Shown here: positions 52,639 through 62,876 of the stretch, piece by piece
Layout of the letters: each line of letters begins with the position of its first letter
Numbering within the stretch: the stretch's first letter is position 1
NCBI GenBank assembly: GCA_937625935.1
Contig: OW569382.1
Location: 310,001 to 374,000, forward strand
Direction of reading: 5' to 3'
DNA from: Tetramitus jugosus
Taxonomy: Eukaryota > Protista > Heterolobosea
Length of the DNA stretch: 64,000 bases
Notes under the pieces: generated by a model
The model's input: only the letters and a program-made list of their open reading frames with translations
What the model was told of the DNA's origin: nothing
The model's database searches: none
Position numbers and translations under genes: made by a program

Positions 52639-55353
52639 CTAGATGTTTCTTGCCTCTTCAAGTGAGAGGCCAATATCGTTACTGCTCATTTTGGGTCCTC
52701 CTCGAGCTCTAATTAACAAGCACACTACAGCGATGAGCGAAATGGAAATTATGATAATCACCATAAATCCGACGATAGCACCGACTGTAGCTCCAATGAC
52801 GACACTCTTGCGGTAGCGAGGAGGACTAGATTGATTCTCGTTAGGAGGATTGGGACCACCTGGCTCTATCGTGGAAGTACCGCAGAATGTTCCAGTAGAA
52901 TTGCTTGAGCAGTTACAAGTGTCTACACCGATACACACACCATGTCCTGAGCATACACTAGCGTTTGTATGGAGTATACCACCACACATGTGAGTAGAAC
53001 AGTCAATTTCACCGTATCCATACTCACATGAACAGTTATCAAAGTGGATACATTGGCCATGTCCTGAGCAACTATTTTCTGAACTGGAGTTGTGTCCAAA
53101 ACATTCTAACGTGGGCGTATCACAGAACTTACCTGCGAAATGGCTTGAACAGTTACAAGTATCTACATCAATGCATACACCATGGCCTGAACAAACGTTA
53201 GTATTGGTATGCAGAATACTATCACACATGTGGATGGAGCAGTTGATACTGCCATATCCATACTCACATGAGCAGCTGTCGAAGCTAAGACAACTACCAT
53301 GTCCTGAACAAACATTGTCTGAACTGGAGTTGTGTCCAAAACATGTCGTGAGCTCACACTCACTTCCAAAGAATTGATCTGGGTGGTTACATATGCAATA
53401 ATCTACAGAAATACAAGCCCCTTTTCCGGAACACACAGAGGAATCATTGCTACTAGTATTGAAGCACATTGTAATATCACACACATCACCGAACCAATCA
53501 GCGTCACACTCACACTGATCAACTCCAACACAGCGGCCATTACCTGAACAAACATCAGCAGAGGTTTCATTGTAACCGAAGCAAGTGAGCATACTGCACT
53601 GTTCTCCAACATAGCCAGTGTAGCAAGAACAATAATCTTCAGACAGGCACGAACCATTTCCTGAACAAGCATTGGCATCGGTGTTGTTCAAACCAAAACA
53701 GGTTGTGTAATTGCATGCTTCTCCCCACCAACCAGCGCTACACGAACAATTGTTAGGACTAATGCAACTACCGTGGTTGGAGCAAACTTCTTTGTTGTCT
53801 TGACTGAAACCGAAACACATTGGTAGTTCGCATTCATTTCCTGTATATCCTTCAATACAGACACAGTTTTCCTTTGATTGACACACACCGTTTTCAGAAC
53901 ACACATGACTACTATTAGCTTCTAAATTAGAGCAGGTGACCACTTGATGCTGTGCAACATAAACATCAAAATCACCAGCCGAAGAAATACCGAATGCACC
54001 GAAGAGAGCACTCGCCTTGAAGTTTCCTGAGGAATAAAGAGTCGATTTATCATTCGCAACCATGATTCGAGAGCTATAATCTTGTTCAATACCACCTCCC
54101 CCAACAGCCCATAATACCTTTCCATCAGTCACATCATAACTCGCAACAAAGGCATCAGTATTTCCTCCTGACGTTAGAGAAATATCAGACGAAAATTGAA
54201 CATTTCCTTCGAACTGTCCAGCCACATACACGGCACCGTTATTACCAACTGAAATAGAATTTCCAATATCTGCTCCCGTTCCTCCACTCTGAACAACCCA
54301 AGCAAACTGACCTGAAGCAGGATCCAATTTGGCAATGAATACATCGCTTAATCCACTAGAGATTAGATGAAAGGATCCAAATGTTGCGTTCCCTGTGAAA
54401 GAACCTGTGACATAGACATAACCGTCTTGTCCCAACGCGATACTCTTTCCTTCGTCATTCGTGATACCTCCTGCTCTTGTAATCCACAAAAACTTTCCTT
54501 CACTATCTAATTTTACAATAAATACATCTGTTCCACCGGAAGAGGTGACAGTGGGTTGTGAATTATCTATCAATGTAACTTGAAAGGCAGATTCAAATCG
54601 GCCTGTGACATAGGCAGAGTTATCAGAGGCAGTCACAATCGATAAACCTCTATCATTGCCACTACCACCCATCTTTATAGCCCAGACACATTTGTAGGCT
54701 GAATTCAACGTAGAATACTTGATAATAGTGATATCTTCCAGTCCCGATGATGTGAGAGCGCATGACCCAAAAGTAAAGCGATCAGAAAGCGTACCTGCAA
54801 TTACCAAAGAATCATCTGTTCTTAAATCGAATGCTCCTCCTAATACTATACCTGTTCCCTGATTCAATAGATAGGAAAATACTGAGCAACTTCCACTGTC
54901 CGTATTGAACCTTGCTTGAAATTGAGCAGTAACCGCTGAGGTATACTTTCCACTGCCACATATTTGGAGATCTCCAGTAAAGTATCCCAAGACAAACAAT
55001 GTTGAACCATCGCTCGAAAGTTTGATATCAGTGGGGCTGGCTTGTGGTATACCACCCATCGATCCCGTTACTACCCAGACAACTTCACTATTGTCCGATC
55101 TGAGTTTCGCAACAAACACGTAAGAATTTCCTGGGCTGCTCGTACTCAGAGAAGTGTTACCAAATGTTGTTGAGCTTGTGAATGATCCAGAAATGTAAAT
55201 GTACTGCTGATCAGGAGAGAGTACCATGGATGAGACAGTGTCTCGATTCGATCCTCCTTGGCGAGTGACCTGTGAGATTTGTTGACTTGGAGAAGATGAT
55301 ACTCGACATGTCAACAGCGTGAAGAGTAGTAGTATGAGGATAAGATAACGCAT
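52639..55353 (-). CDS. Type I membrane protein: signal peptide, SBBP-like beta-propeller, about 9 EGF-like repeats, TM helix
   Basis: MRYLILILLLFTLL signal; repeats of YVTGxF...SSGxxDVFIxKL; CSGHGxC...CxCxxGxxGxxC repeats; VVIGATVGAIVGFMVIIIISISLIAVVCLLI. Confidence 0.88.
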   Translation of the reverse strand: MRYLILILLLFTLLTCRVSSSPSQQISQVTRQGGSNRDTVSSMVLSPDQQYIYISGSFTSSTTFGNTSLSTSSPGNSYVFVAKLRSDNSEVVWVVTGSMGGIPQASPTDIKLSSDGSTLFVLGYFTGDLQICGSGKYTSAVTAQFQARFNTDSGSCSVFSYLLNQGTGIVLGGAFDLRTDDSLVIAGTLSDRFTFGSCALTSSGLEDITIIKYSTLNSAYKCVWAIKMGGSGNDRGLSIVTASDNSAYVTGRFESAFQVTLIDNSQPTVTSSGGTDVFIVKLDSEGKFLWITRAGGITNDEGKSIALGQDGYVYVTGSFTGNATFGSFHLISSGLSDVFIAKLDPASGQFAWVVQSGGTGADIGNSISVGNNGAVYVAGQFEGNVQFSSDISLTSGGNTDAFVASYDVTDGKVLWAVGGGGIEQDYSSRIMVANDKSTLYSSGNFKASALFGAFGISSAGDFDVYVAQHQVVTCSNLEANSSHVCSENGVCQSKENCVCIEGYTGNECELPMCFGFSQDNKEVCSNHGSCISPNNCSCSAGWWGEACNYTTCFGLNNTDANACSGNGSCLSEDYCSCYTGYVGEQCSMLTCFGYNETSADVCSGNGRCVGVDQCECDADWFGDVCDITMCFNTSSNDSSVCSGKGACISVDYCICNHPDQFFGSECELTTCFGHNSSSDNVCSGHGSCLSFDSCSCEYGYGSINCSIHMCDSILHTNTNVCSGHGVCIDVDTCNCSSHFAGKFCDTPTLECFGHNSSSENSCSGHGQCIHFDNCSCEYGYGEIDCSTHMCGGILHTNASVCSGHGVCIGVDTCNCSSNSTGTFCGTSTIEPGGPNPPNENQSSPPRYRKSVVIGATVGAIVGFMVIIIISISLIAVVCLLIRARGGPKMSSNDIGLSLEEARNI
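52880..53345. repeat. Intragenic tandem duplication of an EGF pair (about 240-bp unit)
   Basis: CFGHNSSS...CSCEYGYG...HMC..ILHTN..VCSGHGVCI.VDTCNCSS occurs twice; TCTGAACTGGAGTTGTGTCCAAAACAT is repeated 240 bp apart. Confidence 0.8.
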
Positions 55354-55545
55354 GTTGTTGGTTTTGTTGTTGATCCGAGTTGACACACCCGCTATCCACC
55401 AACTTAAGATTCGAAAATGACGTATGACACAATATCCCACACATCAAACGTCTAATAAATACTCCTCTCAAATACAACAGCAAAATCGTAAAAAATCAAC
55501 CAATATTACTCCCCGCGAATTCAGCTGCAGACCAAAGCAAAACTC

Positions 55546-55625
55546 TGACGAGGGCGGGATTTGAACCCGCGCCCCGAAGGACTGCGGCCTTAACACAGCG
55601 TCTTAGACCACTCGACCACCTCGCC
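55546..55625 (-). tRNA. tRNA-Leu(AAG)
   Basis: Reverse complement GGCGAGGTGGTCGAGTGGTCTAAGACGCTGTGTTAAGGCCGCAGTCCTTCGGGGCGCGGGTTCAAATCCCGCCCTCGTCA: cloverleaf, AAG anticodon, long variable arm; T4 terminator downstream. Confidence 0.95.
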
Positions 55626-55667
55626 ATCTTATAGTAAATCTCCGTAAATTTGTATTTACTTAGTGTC

Positions 55668-56613
55668 AAAAACGCAGAAAAATATGCTTGGCCTGTTGGG
55701 TATTGAAACAAGTTGAGATCAAAGGACTGACGAAGGTGGCCAGTGTGCTCAAGAAGCGTGACACTTCATTCGTGGTCATGGGTGATGAAACCTATGCACG
55801 AGCAGTGCTCAGTGGAGAGAACAAGGTAAAGGCCACGGTCACTCGATACGTCGAGAGGCCACATGATCCTCTCAAGGCTGTCAACAAGAGGTTGACCAAG
55901 ATGTACGAGGAGCTGCTGATGGTGGTTGACGCACCGGTCACAGAACTCACCAAGGAGTTAGGAAAGACAAAGGGTCAAGAAGGCAACAAACCGGTTCCAA
56001 TACCGGAACAAGAAGTTGTCCAAGCCACTGCTAGTGAGGAGACTACTCCTGAGTTAGTGGAGGTAGAAGAACAGAGGACTGTAGCAACACCACTGCCATC
56101 AGTGCCTGTTGTACAGCTCACTGCTGAGAACCGGCAAATTCTGGATCAAGTGAATGCCACTTCTCCAGTGTTCGCCAGAGTGAAAAAGGAAATTGCTGCA
56201 TTGGCGCTGGCTGCTGCACGCAAAAGGTATGGTTTGACTGAGGATGAACCAGTCATTGTGGATGTGGATGATGACTCCGAAAAGGAGATTCAGAGTCCAC
56301 AGCTCAATGACAACAAGAAGAGGAGTACTAGGATCACACTGGGTGATCTGATGAGCAACAAGGCCCAAACAAGAAAATAACAACAGATGGCTCTGTGTCC
56401 ATCGACGGTCCTACTACAAGGTTACACCCTTTGATGAAGGACATCAACCAAAACACTCACCAGAGTGATTCTTCCAACCTGTAGATGCACCGTCGGGGAC
56501 AACAAGAGAAGAAGAGTGAATGACGCCCTACGGGTCGTCACTCACAAAACAAGTCAATAAATGAGCAATCATGTGCTTGCTGCGCAAGCACACATGGTTG
56601 TATGGAAAAAAAA
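55668..56613 (+). mobile_element. tRNA-associated retroelement copy upstream of tRNA-Leu (N-terminally deleted ORF1 pseudogene plus family 3' end)
   Basis: Starts at A5CG 43 bp upstream of the tRNA; VLKKRDTSFVVMGDETYA, DPLKAVNKRLTKMYEELL, FARVKKEIAA and QSPQLNDNKKRS match ORF1; ends hairpin-AATAAA-hairpin-A8. Confidence 0.85.
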
Positions 56614-56791
56614 TTTACATGTCTTTCGTGGTCATGGGTACTCCACACCAAACCAAATCTTGAGATTGCAGGTCCCATAACTGTTAACTGTTTGTTGCCG
56701 TGTGTCTAGCTTGAAAACATTTGCTCCCGCACTCGGGAACAACAAGATCGAAGGACAAACAATAAAGAGCAACCCGCGTTGTATTTAAAAA
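56614..56791 (+). mobile_element. Second, heavily deleted family remnant stacked behind the previous copy
   Basis: CTTTCGTGGTCATGGGT (ORF1 FVVMG codons) at about 56624 and AATAAA-GA-GCAAC-CCGC-GTTGTATTT-A5 at 56761-56791. Confidence 0.7.
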
Positions 56792-56856
56792 TCACTTAAT
56801 CAACCATGGTTGATCCTCTACTTACTTGAAGGGGGTTCAAGATCTAATGATCAGCC

Positions 56857-58971
56857 CTAATATTTCACAGATTTCAGTTTCATGCTGACTGAAACAACGA
56901 GACTCCTGTCATTCTTGTCACAATACTTCTCAAAAGTTCCTGTCGGTATGCAAGCCTCATCGTCCAGTTCGTCTTCCTCACCATCAATGTCACAGTGAAT
57001 GGTTTGTTTGTCAATCAAGAACAGTTGGTCCATATCAGACGCATCATCAGGCTCAATCACTACCACCTCGACTTCCACTCCCACACAAACTGGAATGGTG
57101 TAGTCTGAGATGCACTTGAGTCTACATACAACAACATTTCCGCTTCCTGTGGTTCGCGATGGTTCCAACTCGAGCAACCACTCAAACCCACACAGCTCAA
57201 ATGAAGAGAAAACCTCCTTATCTCCAGTCTTGTATTGTGACATATCCTTAAGTCTAATCGATAACAACATGTCGTTATCAACATCCTTGTTCTGTTTCTC
57301 AATGGCTGACAATAAACGACGTTCATATTTGACCGAGGAATTACTCGCATTCCCTCCTGTTGTACTGCTGTCGAGAGCATGAACCAAATTATAAAGCATA
57401 AATGAACATTCACTCAAGGTCTCAGTTTCTCCTTGACTCAATTCAGGGAAGAGAGAAATCATCACCGGGTAGGACTCAACGTTAGTATTGTCCAGCTCAA
57501 TGGCTTTGTGTAAGCTAGCAAGAATATCCGATCGTTCTCGAACAGGTGCCCATGTCTTTACCTTCGCCCCTTGATGCCACTCGATCGCCTCCACAATTAA
57601 CTTTGACGCGAGGTTCTGGTTCAAGTACCGTTGGTTCTCGTAATGAGCGATCAGATCTGTGAATGCCTTATCTGTAACATTGAACAATTCCTGACTATCA
57701 ACAGAATCTTTAGTTTCAATAATTTTCGTATTGAACTGCTGTACTCGCTCCCAATTCTCCAATTGTGTATTGTATTGAACAAATTCGAGAAGCATAGCTC
57801 GATTCAACACACGTTTGCGCTTGTCCAAAATTTTCGCTGAACAATCTTTGATAAACTGTTCCAATTCATCCGAAGGAGCAATGACCAGTTCTGGAGTGCT
57901 GTTTACAATCTTCATCACATCGAACAACGATTCATAAAACTGCACATCACATCCTCTTGACTCGTGTGTTTGTGTAATGTCCATCTTGAGCTTCAGCATT
58001 GCAACCAGAGGTTTCTGAAGTTTTGCAAACAACTTCAACTTTTCACTCAATAACTCGATTCTTCGTAGTGGAGTCTGCAAATTATTGTTCAACTCTAAAC
58101 ACCGATCAATCAGCTTCTCTACGCAATTCATGGATCTATTCTCGCGGGACCACTTGTTGATCATTTTCATTCCCTTCTTGATGACTCTCTCCTTGTAATC
58201 GTCTAACAATGTCTTGGCAAACACATTGACATAGAATGAACAGCTCTTTAGTTCTTTGCCAGTACTGGGCTCCATACTATGATCCTCCAACCAATTCCTC
58301 AACGATGATCGATCATAAATCTTCTCTGGAGACTCATTGAGAGACACAGGAACCTTGATTAAGCATCTGGAAATACAACAGACAAAATTGGGATCATCAC
58401 TCAACAATTTTTTCATCTTCTTGTCTTCCTTGGCACTCAACTCGTCTTTTGCCAACGTCTTTTTTGGCTCTTCAATGTCAGTCGTAGTAGTTGAAGCGCC
58501 TTGTTGTTGAGCACTTGAACCAACTGAATGCTTCTGCTGCTGCTCATGAGACATCTTGTGCTTCTTTCTCACTTGTTCCAAATGTTCCTTGACCTTTAGT
58601 GATCGCTGTTGAATCTTGGCCTCGCATTCTCTGTCACTCTCCTCACCACTATCATCATCGTCATCATCTTCACTTGTTCTTCTCTTTCTCTTGAGTGCAT
58701 GACTTGGTGTAGTTGTGGTAGTCGTGGCAGCAGTAGTCGTCGTCGTAGTAATATCGACTGTCGTTGTGGCAGTGGAAGTTCCAGCAGTTCCATTGCTGCT
58801 GTTAGTGTTGCTATTGTTAGTGTTGTTGTTGTTGTTAGCAGATACAATGAGAATATCAAACAAGTCTCTGGGGAACATGGGAGTGCTTGGAGATATGTTG
58901 GTGGAGGCTGCATGACGGAGCACCACTTCAGCAGCAGTGCTGTTGCTCACAGGCATATCAGAATCCATCAT
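56857..58971 (-). CDS. U-box E3 ligase with helical (TPR-like) middle and C-terminal MATH-like domain
   Basis: FVCCISRCLIKVPV...IYDRSSLRNWL...EPSTGKEL (U-box); SSFELCGFEWLLELEP (MATH-like). Confidence 0.75.
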   Translation of the reverse strand: MMDSDMPVSNSTAAEVVLRHAASTNISPSTPMFPRDLFDILIVSANNNNNTNNSNTNSSNGTAGTSTATTTVDITTTTTTAATTTTTTPSHALKRKRRTSEDDDDDDSGEESDRECEAKIQQRSLKVKEHLEQVRKKHKMSHEQQQKHSVGSSAQQQGASTTTTDIEEPKKTLAKDELSAKEDKKMKKLLSDDPNFVCCISRCLIKVPVSLNESPEKIYDRSSLRNWLEDHSMEPSTGKELKSCSFYVNVFAKTLLDDYKERVIKKGMKMINKWSRENRSMNCVEKLIDRCLELNNNLQTPLRRIELLSEKLKLFAKLQKPLVAMLKLKMDITQTHESRGCDVQFYESLFDVMKIVNSTPELVIAPSDELEQFIKDCSAKILDKRKRVLNRAMLLEFVQYNTQLENWERVQQFNTKIIETKDSVDSQELFNVTDKAFTDLIAHYENQRYLNQNLASKLIVEAIEWHQGAKVKTWAPVRERSDILASLHKAIELDNTNVESYPVMISLFPELSQGETETLSECSFMLYNLVHALDSSTTGGNASNSSVKYERRLLSAIEKQNKDVDNDMLLSIRLKDMSQYKTGDKEVFSSFELCGFEWLLELEPSRTTGSGNVVVCRLKCISDYTIPVCVGVEVEVVVIEPDDASDMDQLFLIDKQTIHCDIDGEEDELDDEACIPTGTFEKYCDKNDRSLVVSVSMKLKSVKY

Positions 58972-59287
58972 ATGAATGTGTTTTTTGGTTTAGGTTGAGT
59001 AAAAAGCTTTTAACCGTCTTTAAGCTTTTGAGTGCACTTGTTTTTTCGTGTGCGTTTCGGCAACTGAAAAACCTTCACGAAAAACTGAGTGTTGTGTTTT
59101 TGTTGGTGGTTGGGTGACGCTCACAAAGGGATCTGTAAGCTTTTTCTGAAGCTTACTGGTTCAAGTGCACAGAAAGCCTTTTTCAGCCAGTTCCAGTTCC
59201 AAAGATAACTGGAATTATTTTAGTTAGTTGAACATGCATTTCGGTTACAAAATCACCCAAAAAAGAATTTATTATTCCGATTCTCCT

Positions 59288-60214
59288 TCAAAACGAAGCA
59301 CCAATCAACACGGTCATGAAACCAGCACCCAACAAGAATGACACAATACCGTACCTCAGTTTCATAAAATAGCTCTTTGCTTCATACATGTTCTCCTGTC
59401 TCTCCGCGATATACTTGCCCAGGATCGCCACTGACAACGTGTCCACCAAGTTGACCATTTGCTTTTGTCCTTGTTTCTGTGCTTGATTTCTCTGCGCACT
59501 CAACTCTGCCGTATTGTACACATTAGTCGACAAATTCCTCACAATCTGATCCTCTGTAAAGTGTTGAATCACAAGTTGTCTTTCCTTTGGCAACACCAAA
59601 TGACTCAATGGCGCACCACGCTCATCCAACAATGGTGCCTCAGGATCAAAATACCGCTTCACCTTTACAAAATACACCAAGACTTGTTCTTCCGTCGCGA
59701 CCATTGAGGAACTTTCCAACACTGTAAACGGCAAAATACTTTGTTCGTCCACATCTAACCATAGCTCTTCATTCGCATACTGTACAATTGCTTTTCTAGG
59801 ATCGTCATGCAACTGAGATTTTAACAATAGACTTGGTACCTGTGAAATGTGTGATTGTTGTTTATCAAGATTTTCAGTGCTTCTTTGTTGTTGTTGCTGT
59901 AATTGTGCTTTTTGAATCAATAGAATATTGTTTTGAGGATCACTGAGGAGTAGTGCAACTCTAATCTTTTTGTGAGGTGCGACAGTGTTGGTTCTTGTTT
60001 GAACATGTCGTTGTTGTTGTTGTTGATTCGACACATTGATGTTATTGTTGTTGTTGGAAGAAGTTTGTGTTGTTCGTAGAAAAGGTGTGAAAAGTGGTCG
60101 TTGAATGCTGTGAAATGTTCGTTTGGTTGTTTGGTTGTTGAGCATCATGCATGATGTTCTTGATGCTTGAGCGACCATGAACGATCGTCGAATGAATGCT
60201 GATGACATGATCAT
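59288..60214 (-). CDS. Probable mitochondrial protein with degenerate Nudix-like fold and C-terminal TM helix
   Basis: Arg/Ser/Thr-rich acid-free presequence; RVALLLSDPQNNILLIQK...QVPS...DDPRKAIVQYANEELWLDV; tail YGIVSFLLGAGFMTVLIGASF. Confidence 0.55.
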   Translation of the reverse strand: MIMSSAFIRRSFMVAQASRTSCMMLNNQTTKRTFHSIQRPLFTPFLRTTQTSSNNNNNINVSNQQQQQRHVQTRTNTVAPHKKIRVALLLSDPQNNILLIQKAQLQQQQQRSTENLDKQQSHISQVPSLLLKSQLHDDPRKAIVQYANEELWLDVDEQSILPFTVLESSSMVATEEQVLVYFVKVKRYFDPEAPLLDERGAPLSHLVLPKERQLVIQHFTEDQIVRNLSTNVYNTAELSAQRNQAQKQGQKQMVNLVDTLSVAILGKYIAERQENMYEAKSYFMKLRYGIVSFLLGAGFMTVLIGASF

Positions 60215-60273
60215 GCTGCTTTTTTAAATTGTTGTTTTTTGTGTCCCCAGGTAGATTAGATTTTGTTTGTTGT

Positions 60274-62779
60274 TTATGGTTTCATACTGGATTGCTTTTG
60301 CGTATTGGAGAGCATTTGTATCTCTTTCAATAGCTGGGCAGCTTGTTCTTTTTGCGAGTATGTAGGATATTGTTGCAGCAGCATGAGGCAGTGAATCTTT
60401 GCTTGTTCATAGTCTGGTGGTTTGGCCTCTCTCATGTGATACTTGGTTAGGAACAATAGGATGCCTGCTTCGATTTCGTCGCCCAATATGACATGATCTC
60501 GTTCACTTTGTTGCAAGTTGATGCACTTTGTATAGAAGTGAGCGGCTTGAGCATTATCACCCATCTTTCGATACAGCTCTCCCATCTTGACCAACGATTT
60601 GACTTGTTCTCCATTCTCTCTACTTCGTTGATAGCATCGAAGTGCATCGCGATACTGCTCAAGAGTTTCATAGCATCCTGCCAATGCACTCCACATTCTT
60701 CCATCGTACGGCCTCAGGGCACATGCTTTACTGTAGTAGTACAAGGCATAGTGTGGCATGCTTAGAATTTCATATGTTTGACCCAGACCATACCAAGCTC
60801 TATAATCTCTTGGTTGAATGTCAACAGCTGTTCGGTATGCACTGACTGCAGCTGTCGTGTTCTTCATTTCGACGTACTCGTGACCCATCAGAGTCCATGC
60901 ACTCAAGAATGAAGGATTCAATTGCAGTGCTCGTTTAAAATAAATTACAGCTCGTTCGTGTTCACCTCTCATTGAATAATAATTACCTAGTACACAGCAA
61001 GTTTCTGGCTTGTACTTGTGTGTTTTGTGCAATTCGTGACCCAGCACTGACAATTCTTGTTTCATACCTCTAATGTAATAAATATTGGAAAATGTGTGCA
61101 TGTGTTCATATCGGTATGGATCATGCTTGCGGATCAGCATGAATAATTCCAGTGCCTTATCAAATCGTTGCAAGTGATAATTGGTCAATGCCAATTCACA
61201 GATAATGTACAGCGAGTTTGGCATGGCTTGATTCTTGATCGCAATCAATGATTGAGCCACTTGTTCAAATGTGCTCGTCGTCGCGGGAGCACTCTCACTG
61301 TCATTGATGCCCGTTTGATTCTGTACACCAGTTTGCGAAAAACTGGCTTCGATTTGCAACTTTGCCCGAAACAATTCTCTCACAACAATGAACACTGTCT
61401 TCTTCTGAGAGTCCACCGGATTCAATTGCTTGTACTTTTGATTTAGCAAGTGAAATACCTCCATTGGGCTGATTGTCACAGGTGCCTGGTGATTCGACAC
61501 ACCACCATTATGACTCATGACACTATTGCTCGTTGTAATGTTAGTCTGCAAAATAGTGACAATTTCGTGCCAAGCGCTCCACAGCAACGGGTTGCGAACC
61601 ACAGATTCAACCAACATGAATATTGCCTTTTGAGTTGCCTTTAGTTCTTTCAATACGATTGCAAACCTGATTTTGTTCAAACAACATCAATAGTGTTAGA
61701 AAAGTCCATATTTTGACTTGGCCAAATGATTTGTTACAAACAAGCAAGTGACATACAAGTAAAACAAGTAGGCATCCATTTGTACCAAACCACCTGTACT
61801 CTGTCTCATTGTTCTCTCATGCAATGTCGTTAATTCATTCGATAAATGCAACAATTTTGCATTCTTTGAATTTTCAACCACTGACTTTGCACCGAATCCA
61901 GTCAATTTTGGATTGGTAGCACCACCCTGAGTACCATTGATCACATTCACACCACCACCACCACCAGCATTACTCTGCGACGCAATCTTGACTGCTCTCT
62001 GTTCGAGCTTGTGCCTCTCTTTTGATTGTTCTCCAGACTATCATACATTCACATGCACATTTCATGTAACCAATTCCACATATGAACACACACAAAACAA
62101 ACACGAAAAATTTGTCAATATAAGAACAACAGTGTTATCTGGAGGGGAAAAAGGATGAAAATGCAACACATACGAGATACCGGGAATAAAGTGACAAAAA
62201 CAGCACTTTTCGATTCAAATTTGAATTTTTCAACCGAAGCAATGCATTTTCATCTTTTAACAAATTCATGGATGACATGTTTCGATGATGAAAATGATTC
62301 GATTCATCTCCACCAGTGTTATTGTCCATATTCTGATGATGATGATGATGATGAAGAGCACTAATGGATGAAAGAATGTGAACACATCGATCATATTCTT
62401 TCAAATCAAACAAACTCTTTGCAAACAAAAATTTATCTTGCATAATCCACTCTTCCATATCTATTCCATCCTCACCTTCATTATTATTCATACTATTATT
62501 GTTATTGTTACTATTGATATTATTGTTATTGCGTAACAGTGCAGAAATGGGACTCGTAATTTCATATTCTTCAAAATTGGGTTTGATTTGTGTCGATTTA
62601 CCAATGGATGATGATGGCACAGGCAAACCAATCAATTGTTCACCTAACCACTTGGAACTGTAGAGGAGACCTCTACTCGAACACTCTGTAATGGTGTAGT
62701 GCATCGAAGAACGAAGGTATGATATTTGTTCATCACTTAGCTTTTGATTGTTGCTTGTTGCACTGTTTTGGTGGTTCAT
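60274..62779 (-). CDS. CDC23: Anaphase-promoting complex subunit 8 / Cdc23; exons 62779-62174, 62037-61757, 61666-60274
   Basis: ECSSRGLLYSSKWLGE, AKSLFDLKEYDR, PETCCVLGNYYS, AWTLMGHEYVEMKN, DYRAWYGLGQTYEIL; two GTATGT introns keep the frame. Confidence 0.93.
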
Positions 62780-62876
62780 TTATTGATTGTGCTTTGCTTG
62801 CTGCAAAAGAGAAACTCTTTTGACCGCGAAAATGTTTTTGGGCGCCAAACAGAATTACTCCGTATGGTGCATACAA

